A DNA stretch of 64,000 bases from NCBI GenBank assembly GCA_001873435.1, contig MNZB01000004.1, positions 14,030-78,029 of the forward strand, read 5' to 3'. Numbering within the stretch: position 1 is the first letter of the stretch; each line of letters begins with the position of its first letter. The translations under genes were made by a program, and so were the position numbers. The notes under the pieces are model-generated. The model was given only the letters and a program-made list of their open reading frames with translations, was not told the origin of the DNA and searched no databases. Of the stretch, positions 19,060 to 29,551 are shown one piece after another. This DNA comes from Candidatus Pacebacteria bacterium CG2_30_36_39. Lineage in GTDB: Bacteria > Patescibacteriota > Microgenomatia > UBA1400 > PJMF01.

Positions 19060-20112
19060 CTATTTTGAATTAATATGAGCAACACTCTCACCTTGGGCAG
19101 CTAGCGAAGCAATTGTGAACTGTGCCTTATTCTGAAATTCTTTTATATTCTTTGCTCCAACATATGACATTGCACTGCGCAAGCCACCGACTAAATCATT
19201 TATAACCCATTCTGCTGATCCCTTATATGGAACCATGGTCATAATACCTTCTGCACTACGGAATTCACCCACTTTAGAACCGTTATCTTTCATGTAGTCT
19301 TCAGAGGCTTGGCCACGAGCTTTTTTAACTCCACCCTCAACCTCACCAGGAGTTTCTCCGGTGCCAGCGAGCATAGACCCAATCATAATTACTCTAGCAC
19401 CAGCGGCCATGGCTTTGGCAAAATCAGCTGGCTTTTTGATTCCACCATCAGCAATTATTTCTAATCCAGAGGATACAGTTTCAAAAACTGCTGATAATTG
19501 CGGAAAACCAGCTCCGGCTACCAAACGAGTGATACACATGCCGCCACCGCCAACACCAACTCTGGCAATTTTGAGTCCTGCTTTTTTGTAGGACATAGCT
19601 TGATCGTAACTCACAATATTTCCAGCTATAACAGTAATTTTTAATTTACTTTGAATTTCAGCAGCTGTTTCTACAATGTTTTTCATTCCACCATGAGCAA
19701 CATCCAGAAGAAGAGCTTTGACACCTAATTTTTTAAATTGTGTTGCATCATTTAAAGCATTTTTAAGACCTATGGAATAAATAGCTTCAATTTTATCTTT
19801 TTGCAAACGACTACAAGCTTCCAGTGCTTCATTTATAAAAACTCTTGGCATAAAAGTTAAACCACCCAATCGGTGCATTAAACGTGCCATTTTTTCACCA
19901 CTTATGGTATCCATTGGTGCAGTAACAATCGGTTTTTGTAAATTGAATGGACCAAATTTTACAGATATATCCGTTTCTCTTCTAGAATCAATCTCAGTTA
20001 AAGTTTGAGGAACTAATAGAACATCATCATAAGTAAGACTTGCTGGATGTGTACCACTCAGCTTTGGCCAAGTTTCAGTTTTTCCTAGTGAATGATAAAA
20101 ATTTAAAGACAC
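19060..20112 (-). CDS. IMP dehydrogenase / GMP reductase family enzyme (no CBS insert)
   Basis: TIM-barrel IMPDH blocks: catalytic Cys loop GVGGGGMCITRLVAG, GGIKKPADFAKAMAAGARVIMIGSMLAGTGETPGE. At 350 aa with no CBS pair, it is GuaC-like or a CBS-less IMPDH. Confidence 0.85.
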   Translation of the reverse strand: MSLNFYHSLGKTETWPKLSGTHPASLTYDDVLLVPQTLTEIDSRRETDISVKFGPFNLQKPIVTAPMDTISGEKMARLMHRLGGLTFMPRVFINEALEACSRLQKDKIEAIYSIGLKNALNDATQFKKLGVKALLLDVAHGGMKNIVETAAEIQSKLKITVIAGNIVSYDQAMSYKKAGLKIARVGVGGGGMCITRLVAGAGFPQLSAVFETVSSGLEIIADGGIKKPADFAKAMAAGARVIMIGSMLAGTGETPGEVEGGVKKARGQASEDYMKDNGSKVGEFRSAEGIMTMVPYKGSAEWVINDLVGGLRSAMSYVGAKNIKEFQNKAQFTIASLAAQGESVAHINSK

Positions 20113-20373
20113 TAAAATTTAGTATAAAGGAAATTAATTACTAATGTAAACACAAGTATTTTTTACTCGTAAAAATAATAATAAGACAGTATAATAATCA
20201 AAGTATATGAGAAAAAAGAAATCAAGAAAAGCCAACGAGCCAAATAAAAATAAAACAACTGATAATAGTAATTCTTCTTTACCTCAATTTAATCAAAAAA
20301 TTAATCAAAGAAACTTTAGAGCAGCAAGCATTTTTATGCCTCGCAGACCAAAATAGAGTCTCAAAAATAAATT

Positions 20374-20760
20374 ATGTCTAGCCAAGACCTAATAAAAAAA
20401 GTAAAGGGCGGGTTGCTGATTACCATCGGTTTTATTCTTTCGCCCCTATCATGGTGGAATGATTTGGTTGTTAATTTCCCTCTTTCATATATTATTGCTT
20501 TACCAATTGGTTTAATTAACCAATCATTTTTCTTACCTGCGTTTATTGCTGCATACTGGCTAACAAATATATTGGGACTGTTGTTTATTCACTTGGGCAG
20601 TAAAAAAATTGTTGAAACTAATGAACAAAAAAATCAGTTCAATGTAGAAGTCAAAAAAACATTATTCTGGAGTTTTCTTTACACAATATTAATTGTTGTT
20701 TTAATTCTAACCGGAATTTTAACAGTTCCCACAGAATTGCTAGATAAAATAAGTAAATAA
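20374..20760 (+). CDS. small integral membrane protein
   Basis: 128 aa with three to four hydrophobic helices. No family recognised. Confidence 0.45.
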   Translation: MSSQDLIKKVKGGLLITIGFILSPLSWWNDLVVNFPLSYIIALPIGLINQSFFLPAFIAAYWLTNILGLLFIHLGSKKIVETNEQKNQFNVEVKKTLFWSFLYTILIVVLILTGILTVPTELLDKISK

Positions 20761-20766
20761 AAAAAA

Positions 20767-21045
20767 TTATTTACGCTTGCCCCATTGCCAACGTGGTTTT
20801 TCACCAGTTTCATAAGTAATGTATATTAATAACAAAGTAAGCAAAATAATTGGTAATAACAAACCAAAAAAACCCTTACTATAAACGACTTCATTGTCTA
20901 ATAATAAAGTTAATAAAAATATCAAAAGCATATAAACTGCTAAAACTAACCAGCCCTGCCAGGTTATTGGAAACCAACCCCAACCATATAATTTTCTTCT
21001 AAACCATAATTTCTTTTTTGGAGCAAGTTTTTTGCTTTTGGACAT
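20767..21045 (-). CDS. small membrane protein, basic termini
   Basis: 92 aa with two hydrophobic helices flanked by K/R/W-rich ends. Confidence 0.4.
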   Translation of the reverse strand: MSKSKKLAPKKKLWFRRKLYGWGWFPITWQGWLVLAVYMLLIFLLTLLLDNEVVYSKGFFGLLLPIILLTLLLIYITYETGEKPRWQWGKRK

Positions 21046-21159
21046 TTTTTAATTATAGCAATATTTCAATCAAAAATTGTTATACCTATTTTTTCTTCTA
21101 ATTGTAATGAAATTGCTTGATACTAGGCTTAATTTCTTTTCAAGGTATAATATTGCCAG

Positions 21160-22140
21160 ATGGAAGGCACTAAAAGAAATCAAAACAATCCAGAAAATAA
21201 AGCAAGTGATTTAAGTAGAAAAGACTTTTTAAAACTGATAGCTGCTTTAGCCGCCGGTACTGCTGGTGCTTTTTTATTTTCTAATCTTCCTGATACAAGA
21301 AAATTTGATGTTTGGGAGAACGATTTGCCAGAACCAATTTTGGGAGCAAAAAGATTCTTATTAATTGGTGATGTTCACGCTGGAGATACTAATGATAGTG
21401 TCAGACAAACAAATACTAGATCTGCTGAAAATCTACAAAATGTAATTGACCATCTTGGAAACTATCCATTTGACCTACTCATTCAAATGGGCGATGTAAT
21501 CAAAGAAGGTAAAAATGAAGCTAGAAATATAGAAAATTACGAAACAGTAATTGATATATTGAAACAATTTCCACATCAAACAATTAATCTTTTAGGAAAC
21601 CATGATTTATGGGGAATTTCCCCTGAAAATATAAGTGCTATTTATGGAAGAAATAACTTGAACTCTCCTTACGGTGTACAGCAATTTGATGATTTTCAAA
21701 TTGTCTGGCTCGATGTCATAGCAGAAAAAAATATTCATGGTCTGCTTCCAGAAGAAAGAATTGATTGGTTGAAATCTATTATTTTTAGAGATACTCCAAC
21801 ATTTATTTTTTCTCATTATGCTCTGTTACCACAAGACATTTCTGAAAGTTATTATTTTGGAGGTGACTCAGCACAGACGGCATTTGGAAATGGTGAAAAA
21901 GTTTGGCGAGCTTTAGAGGGATTACCAGTTCATGGATTTATAAATGCTCATATTCATGAAGGAAAATATTCTAAAGTCAATAATACTCACATGATTACAA
22001 TTCCAGCTTTCGTAGAAAATACATTTGCAAATACCAATGAAAATTCTGGAGCATATTCAATTATGGAAATAACTTCCCCATACGAATGGTCTCTTAAGTC
22101 ATATTTGGGCAATACCTGCTTAATGGATATCACTATATGA
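21160..22140 (+). CDS. calcineurin-like metallophosphoesterase with Tat-like (RK variant) signal
   Basis: LSRKDFLKLIAALAAGTAGA signal; LLIGDVHAGD, MGDVI and LGNHD metallophosphoesterase motifs. Confidence 0.75.
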   Translation: MEGTKRNQNNPENKASDLSRKDFLKLIAALAAGTAGAFLFSNLPDTRKFDVWENDLPEPILGAKRFLLIGDVHAGDTNDSVRQTNTRSAENLQNVIDHLGNYPFDLLIQMGDVIKEGKNEARNIENYETVIDILKQFPHQTINLLGNHDLWGISPENISAIYGRNNLNSPYGVQQFDDFQIVWLDVIAEKNIHGLLPEERIDWLKSIIFRDTPTFIFSHYALLPQDISESYYFGGDSAQTAFGNGEKVWRALEGLPVHGFINAHIHEGKYSKVNNTHMITIPAFVENTFANTNENSGAYSIMEITSPYEWSLKSYLGNTCLMDITI

Positions 22141-22166
22141 CCAAAAAAAATAATGAAAACTATTAT

Positions 22167-22691
22167 TTAATTTTGGCGATATCTATCGGCGACAATTTTA
22201 AGTTCTTTTAATAATGATTCAATTGGTTGTTTATGGTTTTTCAAAAATGTTATTGATAATGAGTGAGCGCTATATTGAATTAAGCTAGATTTATCTATTG
22301 CAGATTCACCGTGTAATTCACGTCTATACTTAATTACTTTTTTTTCAGCTCTTTCTTTTAATTCCAGCCATGCTAATTTACCAGCATCTTCTGAAGATCT
22401 AACTGAGCCCCAAAGCTTTCCAATAATTGGAAACTTCATCACCGCATCCAAAAAGCCTTCAGAAATTTCTTGACTATGAAAAGCCTCAGCTGCCCAATAC
22501 ATCGCAAAATATGCTTGCCAAAGATCTTTTTCTCCATCAGCAAATCCTGTTAAATTGGTAATATCAAATTTTTCATCGAATTTTTTTGCTTCACTAATTG
22601 CTGAAGATTTAAACCAATCAGCTTTAGCTCTATCAATATCAGATGGCTTTAAGATCGATTCTGGTTGATTTTCTTTTTTCAATGACATCAA
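22167..22691 (-). CDS. hypothetical protein
   Basis: 174-aa ORF. No recognisable motif. Confidence 0.4.
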   Translation of the reverse strand: MMSLKKENQPESILKPSDIDRAKADWFKSSAISEAKKFDEKFDITNLTGFADGEKDLWQAYFAMYWAAEAFHSQEISEGFLDAVMKFPIIGKLWGSVRSSEDAGKLAWLELKERAEKKVIKYRRELHGESAIDKSSLIQYSAHSLSITFLKNHKQPIESLLKELKIVADRYRQN

Positions 22692-22737
22692 CTCAATTAT
22701 ATCTTAAGTTTAATAATATCCATTCTAAATAAGTTAA

Positions 22738-24690
22738 TTAGTCAATTTTAACTGGAAGAACTTCAATCGAAAGTTTTATATCTTTACCTAAGTCCAAATA
22801 TTCATCTGCTGATTTAGAGTTTTGATACATCAAGTGATAAAAACGAGCTTTGATTTTTAGAAGTAAGCTAATGGGAGGCGTAATAAAAAGTTTTTTTCTA
22901 GTTACATGAACCAACCAATTTTTTTGATTATTATCAATCTGGATATCATCGCGCAAAGAAAGTGCCTGTAAAGATTTTTCTACATTTCTCTCTTCCATAA
23001 AACCATAATTTATTCGTACTGCAATAATGCTACCTTGCTTTTTATCATCATAAAATCTGCGAATAGTAAAGCGATCTTCCTTGTAATAAGGAACAGAATG
23101 ATTATCAACTGTAACAAAAACAATATGATGAGGTAATAGTCCATAGCGATCAAGCAAAACATCAAATAATAAAGAAATTTTATGCTCTAATTTTTTAGGA
23201 CCAAATGGAGTCATAATAATAAAAGATTTTGGCATTTGTTGTTCAGCTTTTTCTTTCATACTAATTAACTGGTTGATTGTCATAGAAGAATATTTTTTGT
23301 ATTGTTGGTAGCTCATTTTTTTACCCCAATGCCATGTATTCATGATTACCATAAAACCGGCACCAATTAATAAAGGAATATAACCACCATCTAATATTTT
23401 TATTGAATTAGTAATTAGAAAAACCAAATCAATTAAGCCTAGCGGTAAAAAAATAAAAAATGTTTTAATAATAGACCAATTCCATAAATTACGAGCAATA
23501 TAAAAAATAGCAATTGTCGTTATCAACATTACATAAGAAACTGCTAGTCCATAGGCAGAAGCAAGGTTTGAGCTAGATTTAAAAATCAAAACTAATAACA
23601 AACAACCAATTAATAGAAACTGATTTACTAGAGGTAAATAAATTTGACCACTATGTGCTCTATGCGTATGAATAACTTTAAGATATGGGATATATCCCAA
23701 AGCAATCCCTTGGGCTACTAAGGAAAAGGCTCCTGTAATCAGTGCTTGAGAAGCAATAATTGCAGCCATAGTAGCGATAACTACCATAGGAATTAAGCCC
23801 CATTCTGGAACCATACTAAAAAATACATTGTGATTAATGAGAGGTTTGTTTCCAAGTAAAAAAGCACCCTGTCCCAAATAGTTAATGATTAATGCTGGAA
23901 AAGTTAAGCCAAACCAACCAAGCCTAATTGGTAATTTACCAAAATGTCCCATATCGGCATAAAGAGCTTCTCCACCAGTTACAACCAAAATAACAGAACC
24001 TAAAACTAAGAAAATAGTATGTAAATTATGAGAAAATAAAAATTTAATTGCATGGTAAGGGTTGAATGCTTGCAAAATTTCAGGGTGAATGAATATCTGT
24101 TTGAATCCAAGTAGCATTAAAGAAAAAAACCATACTGCAATAATCGGACCAAAAAGATTACCTATCTTAGCAGTTCCCTTTTGTTGAATCATAAATAAAG
24201 CTAATAAAATTGTGATAGTAATAGGCACTATATATGGTTCAAAGGCAGTAGTAACAATTCCCAAGCCTTCGATTGCTGAAATAACTGAAATGGCTGGAGT
24301 AATAATGCCGTCTCCCAATAAAAATCCCACAGCCAATAAAAGAAGAAAGCTTGTGGCTGCAATTCCCTTTTTGCCGATTCCTTTAACCAAGGAAAGTAAA
24401 GCAAAAACCCCACCCTCTCCCTCATTATCAGCTCTTAAAACTAAGACAATATATTTAAAGGCTATAATAATTATTAAAGCCCAAATAACTAAGCTGATAT
24501 AACCTAAAACGTTAACCAAATCTCTTCCAGATTCTCCCAAATGGTGATTTATTTCTTTAATAGCATAAAGAGGGGAAGTTCCAATATCACCAAAAACAAC
24601 GCCCAATGCTCCTAAAGAAAGAAGAACCGTATTTAACGATTTATTACGAATGAATTTAAACATAAAAAAAAATAAAAAAATAATTAACAA
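22738..24690 (-). CDS. kup: KUP/HAK/KT potassium uptake transporter
   Basis: The N-terminal LGALGVVFGDIGTSPLYA is the Kup signature. Twelve TM helices plus a C-terminal cytoplasmic domain. Length 650 aa. Confidence 0.9.
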   Translation of the reverse strand: MLIIFLFFFMFKFIRNKSLNTVLLSLGALGVVFGDIGTSPLYAIKEINHHLGESGRDLVNVLGYISLVIWALIIIIAFKYIVLVLRADNEGEGGVFALLSLVKGIGKKGIAATSFLLLLAVGFLLGDGIITPAISVISAIEGLGIVTTAFEPYIVPITITILLALFMIQQKGTAKIGNLFGPIIAVWFFSLMLLGFKQIFIHPEILQAFNPYHAIKFLFSHNLHTIFLVLGSVILVVTGGEALYADMGHFGKLPIRLGWFGLTFPALIINYLGQGAFLLGNKPLINHNVFFSMVPEWGLIPMVVIATMAAIIASQALITGAFSLVAQGIALGYIPYLKVIHTHRAHSGQIYLPLVNQFLLIGCLLLVLIFKSSSNLASAYGLAVSYVMLITTIAIFYIARNLWNWSIIKTFFIFLPLGLIDLVFLITNSIKILDGGYIPLLIGAGFMVIMNTWHWGKKMSYQQYKKYSSMTINQLISMKEKAEQQMPKSFIIMTPFGPKKLEHKISLLFDVLLDRYGLLPHHIVFVTVDNHSVPYYKEDRFTIRRFYDDKKQGSIIAVRINYGFMEERNVEKSLQALSLRDDIQIDNNQKNWLVHVTRKKLFITPPISLLLKIKARFYHLMYQNSKSADEYLDLGKDIKLSIEVLPVKID

Positions 24691-24812
24691 TATATGGTTG
24701 TATAAAGATACAAATCAATTATAGAAATTGTATAGAAAAGCTAACCAATAAGTTTTTATTGTATCAAATTAAAAATAAAAAAACTATTGTAACCAAAAGT
24801 TTCAATTAAAAT

Positions 24813-25286
24813 TTATGAAAAATTTGCAACTAAACGACCAACAAAATTGGTTATTATAATAACCAAAAAACTAATAAATAAGTGTTCGCTAATTACTTTA
24901 ATTGGATTTTCATTTTGTTCTTTTGCTAAAAAATAATTGAAAATAATCAAAGAAAATACTCCCCACAAAATACAAATTGCCACGGCATAAAATAGTGGAA
25001 GAAATAAGAATGGAAGAATAAAGATCAAAGCAGAAATAAATTTAGCAAAAAATGTGTAATAAGTAGTTAACCAAATTTCTTTATTTGTGTGTACATTTTC
25101 TGATTCTTCAGAAATATGAATACCCAATGCATCTGAAAATGCGTCAGCTATGGCAATGGTTAAAATACCACCAAGAATAGTCATTCTCGTTGCTGATCCA
25201 GCATGCAAACCAACAATTAAACCCAGAGTAGTAATTATTCCTGAAGTCAAACCAAAGCTTAAACCAGTTTTAAATGAATGGGTCAT
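24813..25286 (-). CDS. VIT1/CCC1-family-like membrane protein (short form)
   Basis: GLSFGLTSGIITTLGLIVGL and AIADAFSDALGIHISE resemble the G..DGLVS and AGA.SMA.GEYVS blocks of VIT-family transporters. Tentative. Confidence 0.4.
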   Translation of the reverse strand: MTHSFKTGLSFGLTSGIITTLGLIVGLHAGSATRMTILGGILTIAIADAFSDALGIHISEESENVHTNKEIWLTTYYTFFAKFISALIFILPFLFLPLFYAVAICILWGVFSLIIFNYFLAKEQNENPIKVISEHLFISFLVIIITNFVGRLVANFS

Positions 25287-25412
25287 ATAAACACATTGTA
25301 AATTACCATATAAAAAAAATTAGTACCAACTGGTTGAGTTGTTAAAATTTAATACTAATGAATAATTAAGATTATTTATATATACTTTATATAAGTTAAA
25401 GGATAGGTTGCT

Positions 25413-26408
25413 ATGCAAGAAACACTCAATGAAAATATTCCACTCTCTGAAAGATTAACTCCACCTGACTATAATCAGCATTTTCAATCATTGGTCGATT
25501 TATCCCCTAATTATGGTAAAAAACCAGATAAAATGTGGGCTAGAGTTCTTAGTATTTTTGGTGCTGAAGATCCAGAGTTAACCAAAGATAGATTAGATAG
25601 AATTTCAACTTTTTGGCAAGAATATGAGAAACATGTCGATGTTGCTCTCAGACTTGAACACGCTATTTCTTTACCAGGAATACCAGATGGTGAAAAAAGA
25701 GTGGCTAAAGCATATTTAGATGATTATGTAGCAGCTTTAGAACCAGCTATTTTAGCTTTACAAGCATTTGTTAAGGCTAAACCAGAAGAAAGAACTTGGG
25801 AAGATAATTGTTTGCCTATTAGCCAAGCAATTATTGATTTTAAAGATGCTGATTGCGGTTATTATGAAGAATCAATTATTGCTCTACTAGAAGCTATTTC
25901 TAATCACCCAAAGAGATTGGATGCCAGTGCAATAATGAGAAAAATAGCTCAAAATGCAATTATTGAGATCTGGGAAACTGTCAATTACTACCAATTAACT
26001 CAACAAGTGGAATATGAGAGTGATGATGAAGAAGATGTTTTAGAACTTGGTGATACTACATTAGATGATTTAGAGATGGAAAAAAATGAGTTTGTTGCTG
26101 GTTTGAACAAAAAAAATTGGAATGAAAAAACTCTTAAGGACAATCGCAAAGCTCTATTGAGACTAAAGAGAGCTATGGATGATGAGGATTTTACTGATGA
26201 GGTAAAGTTGATTTGGGCAGCTGTTCAGGGGAAGACTAAGAGAATTATTTTGGAGGATGATAGTACTAGAAAATCTAACGCTATTGATGTTGTTATTGCT
26301 GCAGAAGAAATTTTTCAATCTCTAAAAAGTGAAGGTGTTATTGACTGGGAGCCAGATGAAGAAGAGTCTGATGAAGACGATGACATGGATGATCCAGAGG
26401 ATGAGTAA
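25413..26408 (+). CDS. hypothetical acidic protein with poly-D/E C-terminal tail
   Basis: 331 aa. The C-terminus is EPDEEESDEDDDMDDPEDE. No family recognised. Confidence 0.45.
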   Translation: MQETLNENIPLSERLTPPDYNQHFQSLVDLSPNYGKKPDKMWARVLSIFGAEDPELTKDRLDRISTFWQEYEKHVDVALRLEHAISLPGIPDGEKRVAKAYLDDYVAALEPAILALQAFVKAKPEERTWEDNCLPISQAIIDFKDADCGYYEESIIALLEAISNHPKRLDASAIMRKIAQNAIIEIWETVNYYQLTQQVEYESDDEEDVLELGDTTLDDLEMEKNEFVAGLNKKNWNEKTLKDNRKALLRLKRAMDDEDFTDEVKLIWAAVQGKTKRIILEDDSTRKSNAIDVVIAAEEIFQSLKSEGVIDWEPDEEESDEDDDMDDPEDE

Positions 26409-26410
26409 GA

Positions 26411-26965
26411 TTAAATTCTTAGTGAACCACGAAATCCTCTGACTCCATAGTAAGATTGAGCTCCATTATGATAGATGAAAACATGGTTGTAGCGTCGATC
26501 AGCAAAAATGGCACCACCTAGTTTTCTGATTTCCTCAGGTGTCCTTAGCCAGCTAGATGTTTTTAGGTCAAAGTTTCCTAGTTTTTGCAGTTCTCTATAT
26601 TTCTCTTCTGTTAAAATTTCTATACCCATGTTCTTTGCCATGTTAATGGCGCTGTCTTTTGGTTTGTGTTCTTTTCTTGCATCAAGTGCTTCTTGGTCAT
26701 AGCAGATGTTTCTTCGTTCTTTGGGTGTTTCTTCTGAACAATCACAATATATGTATTCATTGGTTTTTTTATCGTATCCAATAACGTCTGGTTCTCCACC
26801 TGTTATTTCCATTTCATTGAGTGACCATAGTTTTGTTGGGTTGGCTTCAAATTTTGTTTGTACTTTGGACCATTCAATTTTTTGATGGCGATGGATGTTT
26901 TTTTCAAAGCGTATTTGCAGTGTTTTGAGTAGTTCTTTAGTTTGTTCTAGATCTAGTTTTGACAT
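26411..26965 (-). CDS. hypothetical protein (DUF4256-like, tentative)
   Basis: 184 aa, EITGGEPDVIGYDKKTNEYIYCDCSEE. Recalled resemblance to a DUF family only. Confidence 0.4.
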   Translation of the reverse strand: MSKLDLEQTKELLKTLQIRFEKNIHRHQKIEWSKVQTKFEANPTKLWSLNEMEITGGEPDVIGYDKKTNEYIYCDCSEETPKERRNICYDQEALDARKEHKPKDSAINMAKNMGIEILTEEKYRELQKLGNFDLKTSSWLRTPEEIRKLGGAIFADRRYNHVFIYHNGAQSYYGVRGFRGSLRI

Positions 26966-26985
26966 AATATTTAATCAATATTTTA

Positions 26986-27954
26986 CTACTTACACTGATA
27001 AGGATCATTTTCATTGACCATGGTCATGCAAACACAACCTAATGATAAGCAAACTGCTTTTTGCAATTGGGGCTGTTTCTCTATAATCAAAGAGTTGTTC
27101 ATTACTGCTGATAAGCCAACCTCAAAAACATTTCCATAATTTATATCTTCTCTGGAAAAACAAGGATTCAACTCACCCTTTGGATTAAGAACAAAATGAG
27201 TGGTTCCCATGTCACAGTTAATATTAGTAACTTTTTTGCCTGTAATAAGATCTAAACAGGCTTGGACATATAATGATAAAGAAGGTTTTTTTAATTTATC
27301 AATCCAATAGCTGAATCCATCAGTCATAACCTGTTTTTCATCTTCGCTCATAAGAGTTAAATCTAAAGGTTTAACTCTTGAAATATTGGGGTTTATTTCT
27401 GCTGGATCAAGCCATAGATTGAGGTTATTGTCATAACAAAAATCTACCATTTCGCGAATAGAGGAAATGTTTTTTCTAGTGACTGTCATCATTATTTCAA
27501 TTGCCATTGTTGGAGATTTCATTTTTAATAAACGATTTATTCCTTCTATAACACTAGTTGTTTTTCCTCTTAGGTAATCATTGGTTTGTTCGTCCAAAGA
27601 ATCCAAAGAAATAGAGACGCAATCCACTCCCAAACTAATTATTTTTTGGCAGTTTTCTGTTGTTAATAAAACACCATTGGATAATAAATCAACTTTAAGT
27701 CCTTGTTTTTTAGCAGCTGCAATTAAAGTAAATATGTCTGGATCAGTTAAAGCTTCTCCGCCAGTAAAAACAATTTCATCAAAGTATTCTGGAATTGAAT
27801 TGAATAATTCTAGTTTTTTTTCAATGGGAATTTCTATGGTTTTAGTTTTTTGCTTTAATGCTGTGTTGTAGTAACAGTATCTGCATCCGAGATTACATTT
27901 CTCAGTTTCTACCCAATATAGTTTTCTGAGTTTTTTTGGGTTGTTTGCGGGCAT
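26986..27954 (-). CDS. radical SAM enzyme with C-terminal SPASM/twitch-like Cys cluster
   Basis: CNLGCRYCYY (CxxxCxxC) near the N-terminus and GGEALTDPD. The C-terminus has CLSLGCVCMTM...CK and CDMG...NPC cysteines. Confidence 0.8.
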   Translation of the reverse strand: MPANNPKKLRKLYWVETEKCNLGCRYCYYNTALKQKTKTIEIPIEKKLELFNSIPEYFDEIVFTGGEALTDPDIFTLIAAAKKQGLKVDLLSNGVLLTTENCQKIISLGVDCVSISLDSLDEQTNDYLRGKTTSVIEGINRLLKMKSPTMAIEIMMTVTRKNISSIREMVDFCYDNNLNLWLDPAEINPNISRVKPLDLTLMSEDEKQVMTDGFSYWIDKLKKPSLSLYVQACLDLITGKKVTNINCDMGTTHFVLNPKGELNPCFSREDINYGNVFEVGLSAVMNNSLIIEKQPQLQKAVCLSLGCVCMTMVNENDPYQCK

Positions 27955-28108
27955 TATATAATTTTGAATTATATAGAAATAGATAAATTAAAACCAATGT
28001 AAAACAAAAAAATATATATTAATAAACTATTAAAATAACTTTTTTTAAGATATATTTAAACACAGTTTTAGTTGCTAATAAGGTTTAATTAAATAAGAAA
28101 GAAAAATC

Positions 28109-29068
28109 ATGAGACATCTTATTTCACTCAAAGAAAATTCTGCTGCTGAACTATTAGAGATCCTGTCTATTGCCGAAAAACTTAAGAAGCTTGGGAATGC
28201 TGGTAAAAAAATAGATTTACTTAAAAACCAAACTTTGATTATGTTATTTCAAAAGAGCTCTACTAGAACCAGGCTTTCTTTTGAAGCGGCCATGACTGAG
28301 CTTGGTGGTCACGCGATTTTTCTTGATGCAAAAACAACTCAATTTAGCTTAACTGACTTTAAAGATGAGATTAAGGCTGTAATGCGCTATGGCAGTGTTC
28401 TTATGTTTAGAGCTATGAAAGTAGCTGATGTGGAATTGGCAGCTAAACAAAATCAAATTCCAGTAATTGATGCTTGTAGTGAGAAATATCATCCTTGCCA
28501 AGCTTTGGGTGATTTATTAACTATGAGTGAAGTGGTTGGTGGGTTGAAGAAACTGAAAAAAATTGCCTGGCTTGGAACAGAAAATAATGTTTCTAATACT
28601 TTGAAGTTGGCTTGTGCTAAGTTGGGTGTTCAAGTTAGTTTGATTGCTCCGGAAATTAATCAAGCTAGTGTGGACCAAGAACTCAATGAGTTGGCCGAAA
28701 AAACTGGTTTAATTACTCATACCACTGATTTAGAAACTGGTTTGACTGATGTGCAGTTCATCCACACTGATACCTGGATGGATATGGAGTTTTTTGATCA
28801 GGGTAAGGTTAGAGCAGAATTTCAAACTGAGTATGAGCGTAGAAAAAAGGTGTTATTGCCATTTCAAGTGAATAAAAAATTGCTTGATACTTATTGCCCT
28901 CAAGCCAAGATTATGCACTGCATGCCTTGTCACGTTGGCTATGAGATTAGTAGAGATGCTATTGATCATCCTAACTCAGTTATTTTTGATCAAGCTGAAA
29001 ATCGTTTGCATATTCAAAAGGCTATTATTATTTGGTTGTTGGGATTAGAAAATTTGGTTTGTGTTTAA
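28109..29068 (+). CDS. ornithine-carbamoyltransferase-family (ATCase/OTCase) protein
   Basis: SSTRTRLSFEAA (STRTR), HPCQALGD (HPxQ), HTDTWMDME (compare TDVWVSMG) and MHCMPC (HCLP-like). Confidence 0.75.
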   Translation: MRHLISLKENSAAELLEILSIAEKLKKLGNAGKKIDLLKNQTLIMLFQKSSTRTRLSFEAAMTELGGHAIFLDAKTTQFSLTDFKDEIKAVMRYGSVLMFRAMKVADVELAAKQNQIPVIDACSEKYHPCQALGDLLTMSEVVGGLKKLKKIAWLGTENNVSNTLKLACAKLGVQVSLIAPEINQASVDQELNELAEKTGLITHTTDLETGLTDVQFIHTDTWMDMEFFDQGKVRAEFQTEYERRKKVLLPFQVNKKLLDTYCPQAKIMHCMPCHVGYEISRDAIDHPNSVIFDQAENRLHIQKAIIIWLLGLENLVCV

Positions 29069-29120
29069 AAAATATCTTATGCTTGTTGCTGATAAAAGCA
29101 AAATGTTATGATCGCTACAT

Positions 29121-29519
29121 ATGATTGAACATAGAAAAAAACGAAGAGAAGAAATTCCAGGTAAAGTCCAACAGGCTTTTGATAGGTTTTTTGAGATGGG
29201 AGTTGAAGCTCAAGACTTAGCACTGCCTTTAATTGAGGAGGCCACCATTCAAAGAGGCAGATTTTTTCCCAAGGGAGAAAGAGGTGTTGCCAATTTTAGA
29301 GCTGAACGAGCTGAGGGTTTGTGGGAACAATATATTTTGAGTTTGGGTGATAAACTAGCCAAACAACTTGACTCCTCATACTGGCCGGGTCATGGTGCTA
29401 ATAGTGAAGCAACTAATAGAAGTAGAAATATGTTGATTTTGATGCTCAAGGGTCAAACTGGTGATACGTTATTACAAACAAAAGAGCTGATTGAGCTTGT
29501 GCTTGATAGAAGAAGCTAA
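29121..29519 (+). CDS. hypothetical protein
   Basis: 132-aa ORF. No motif recognised. Confidence 0.4.
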   Translation: MIEHRKKRREEIPGKVQQAFDRFFEMGVEAQDLALPLIEEATIQRGRFFPKGERGVANFRAERAEGLWEQYILSLGDKLAKQLDSSYWPGHGANSEATNRSRNMLILMLKGQTGDTLLQTKELIELVLDRRS

Positions 29520-29551
29520 GTTTTTAAATAAAAAATAATTGATAAATTAAT

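Noticed and set aside
20207-20356. 49-codon basic ORF (MRKKKSRKANEPNKNK...) in the divergent intergenic region
   Set aside because: No SD and a TATAAT sits directly upstream. It is more likely promoter or leader DNA of the flanking genes. It cannot be excluded as a small basic protein.
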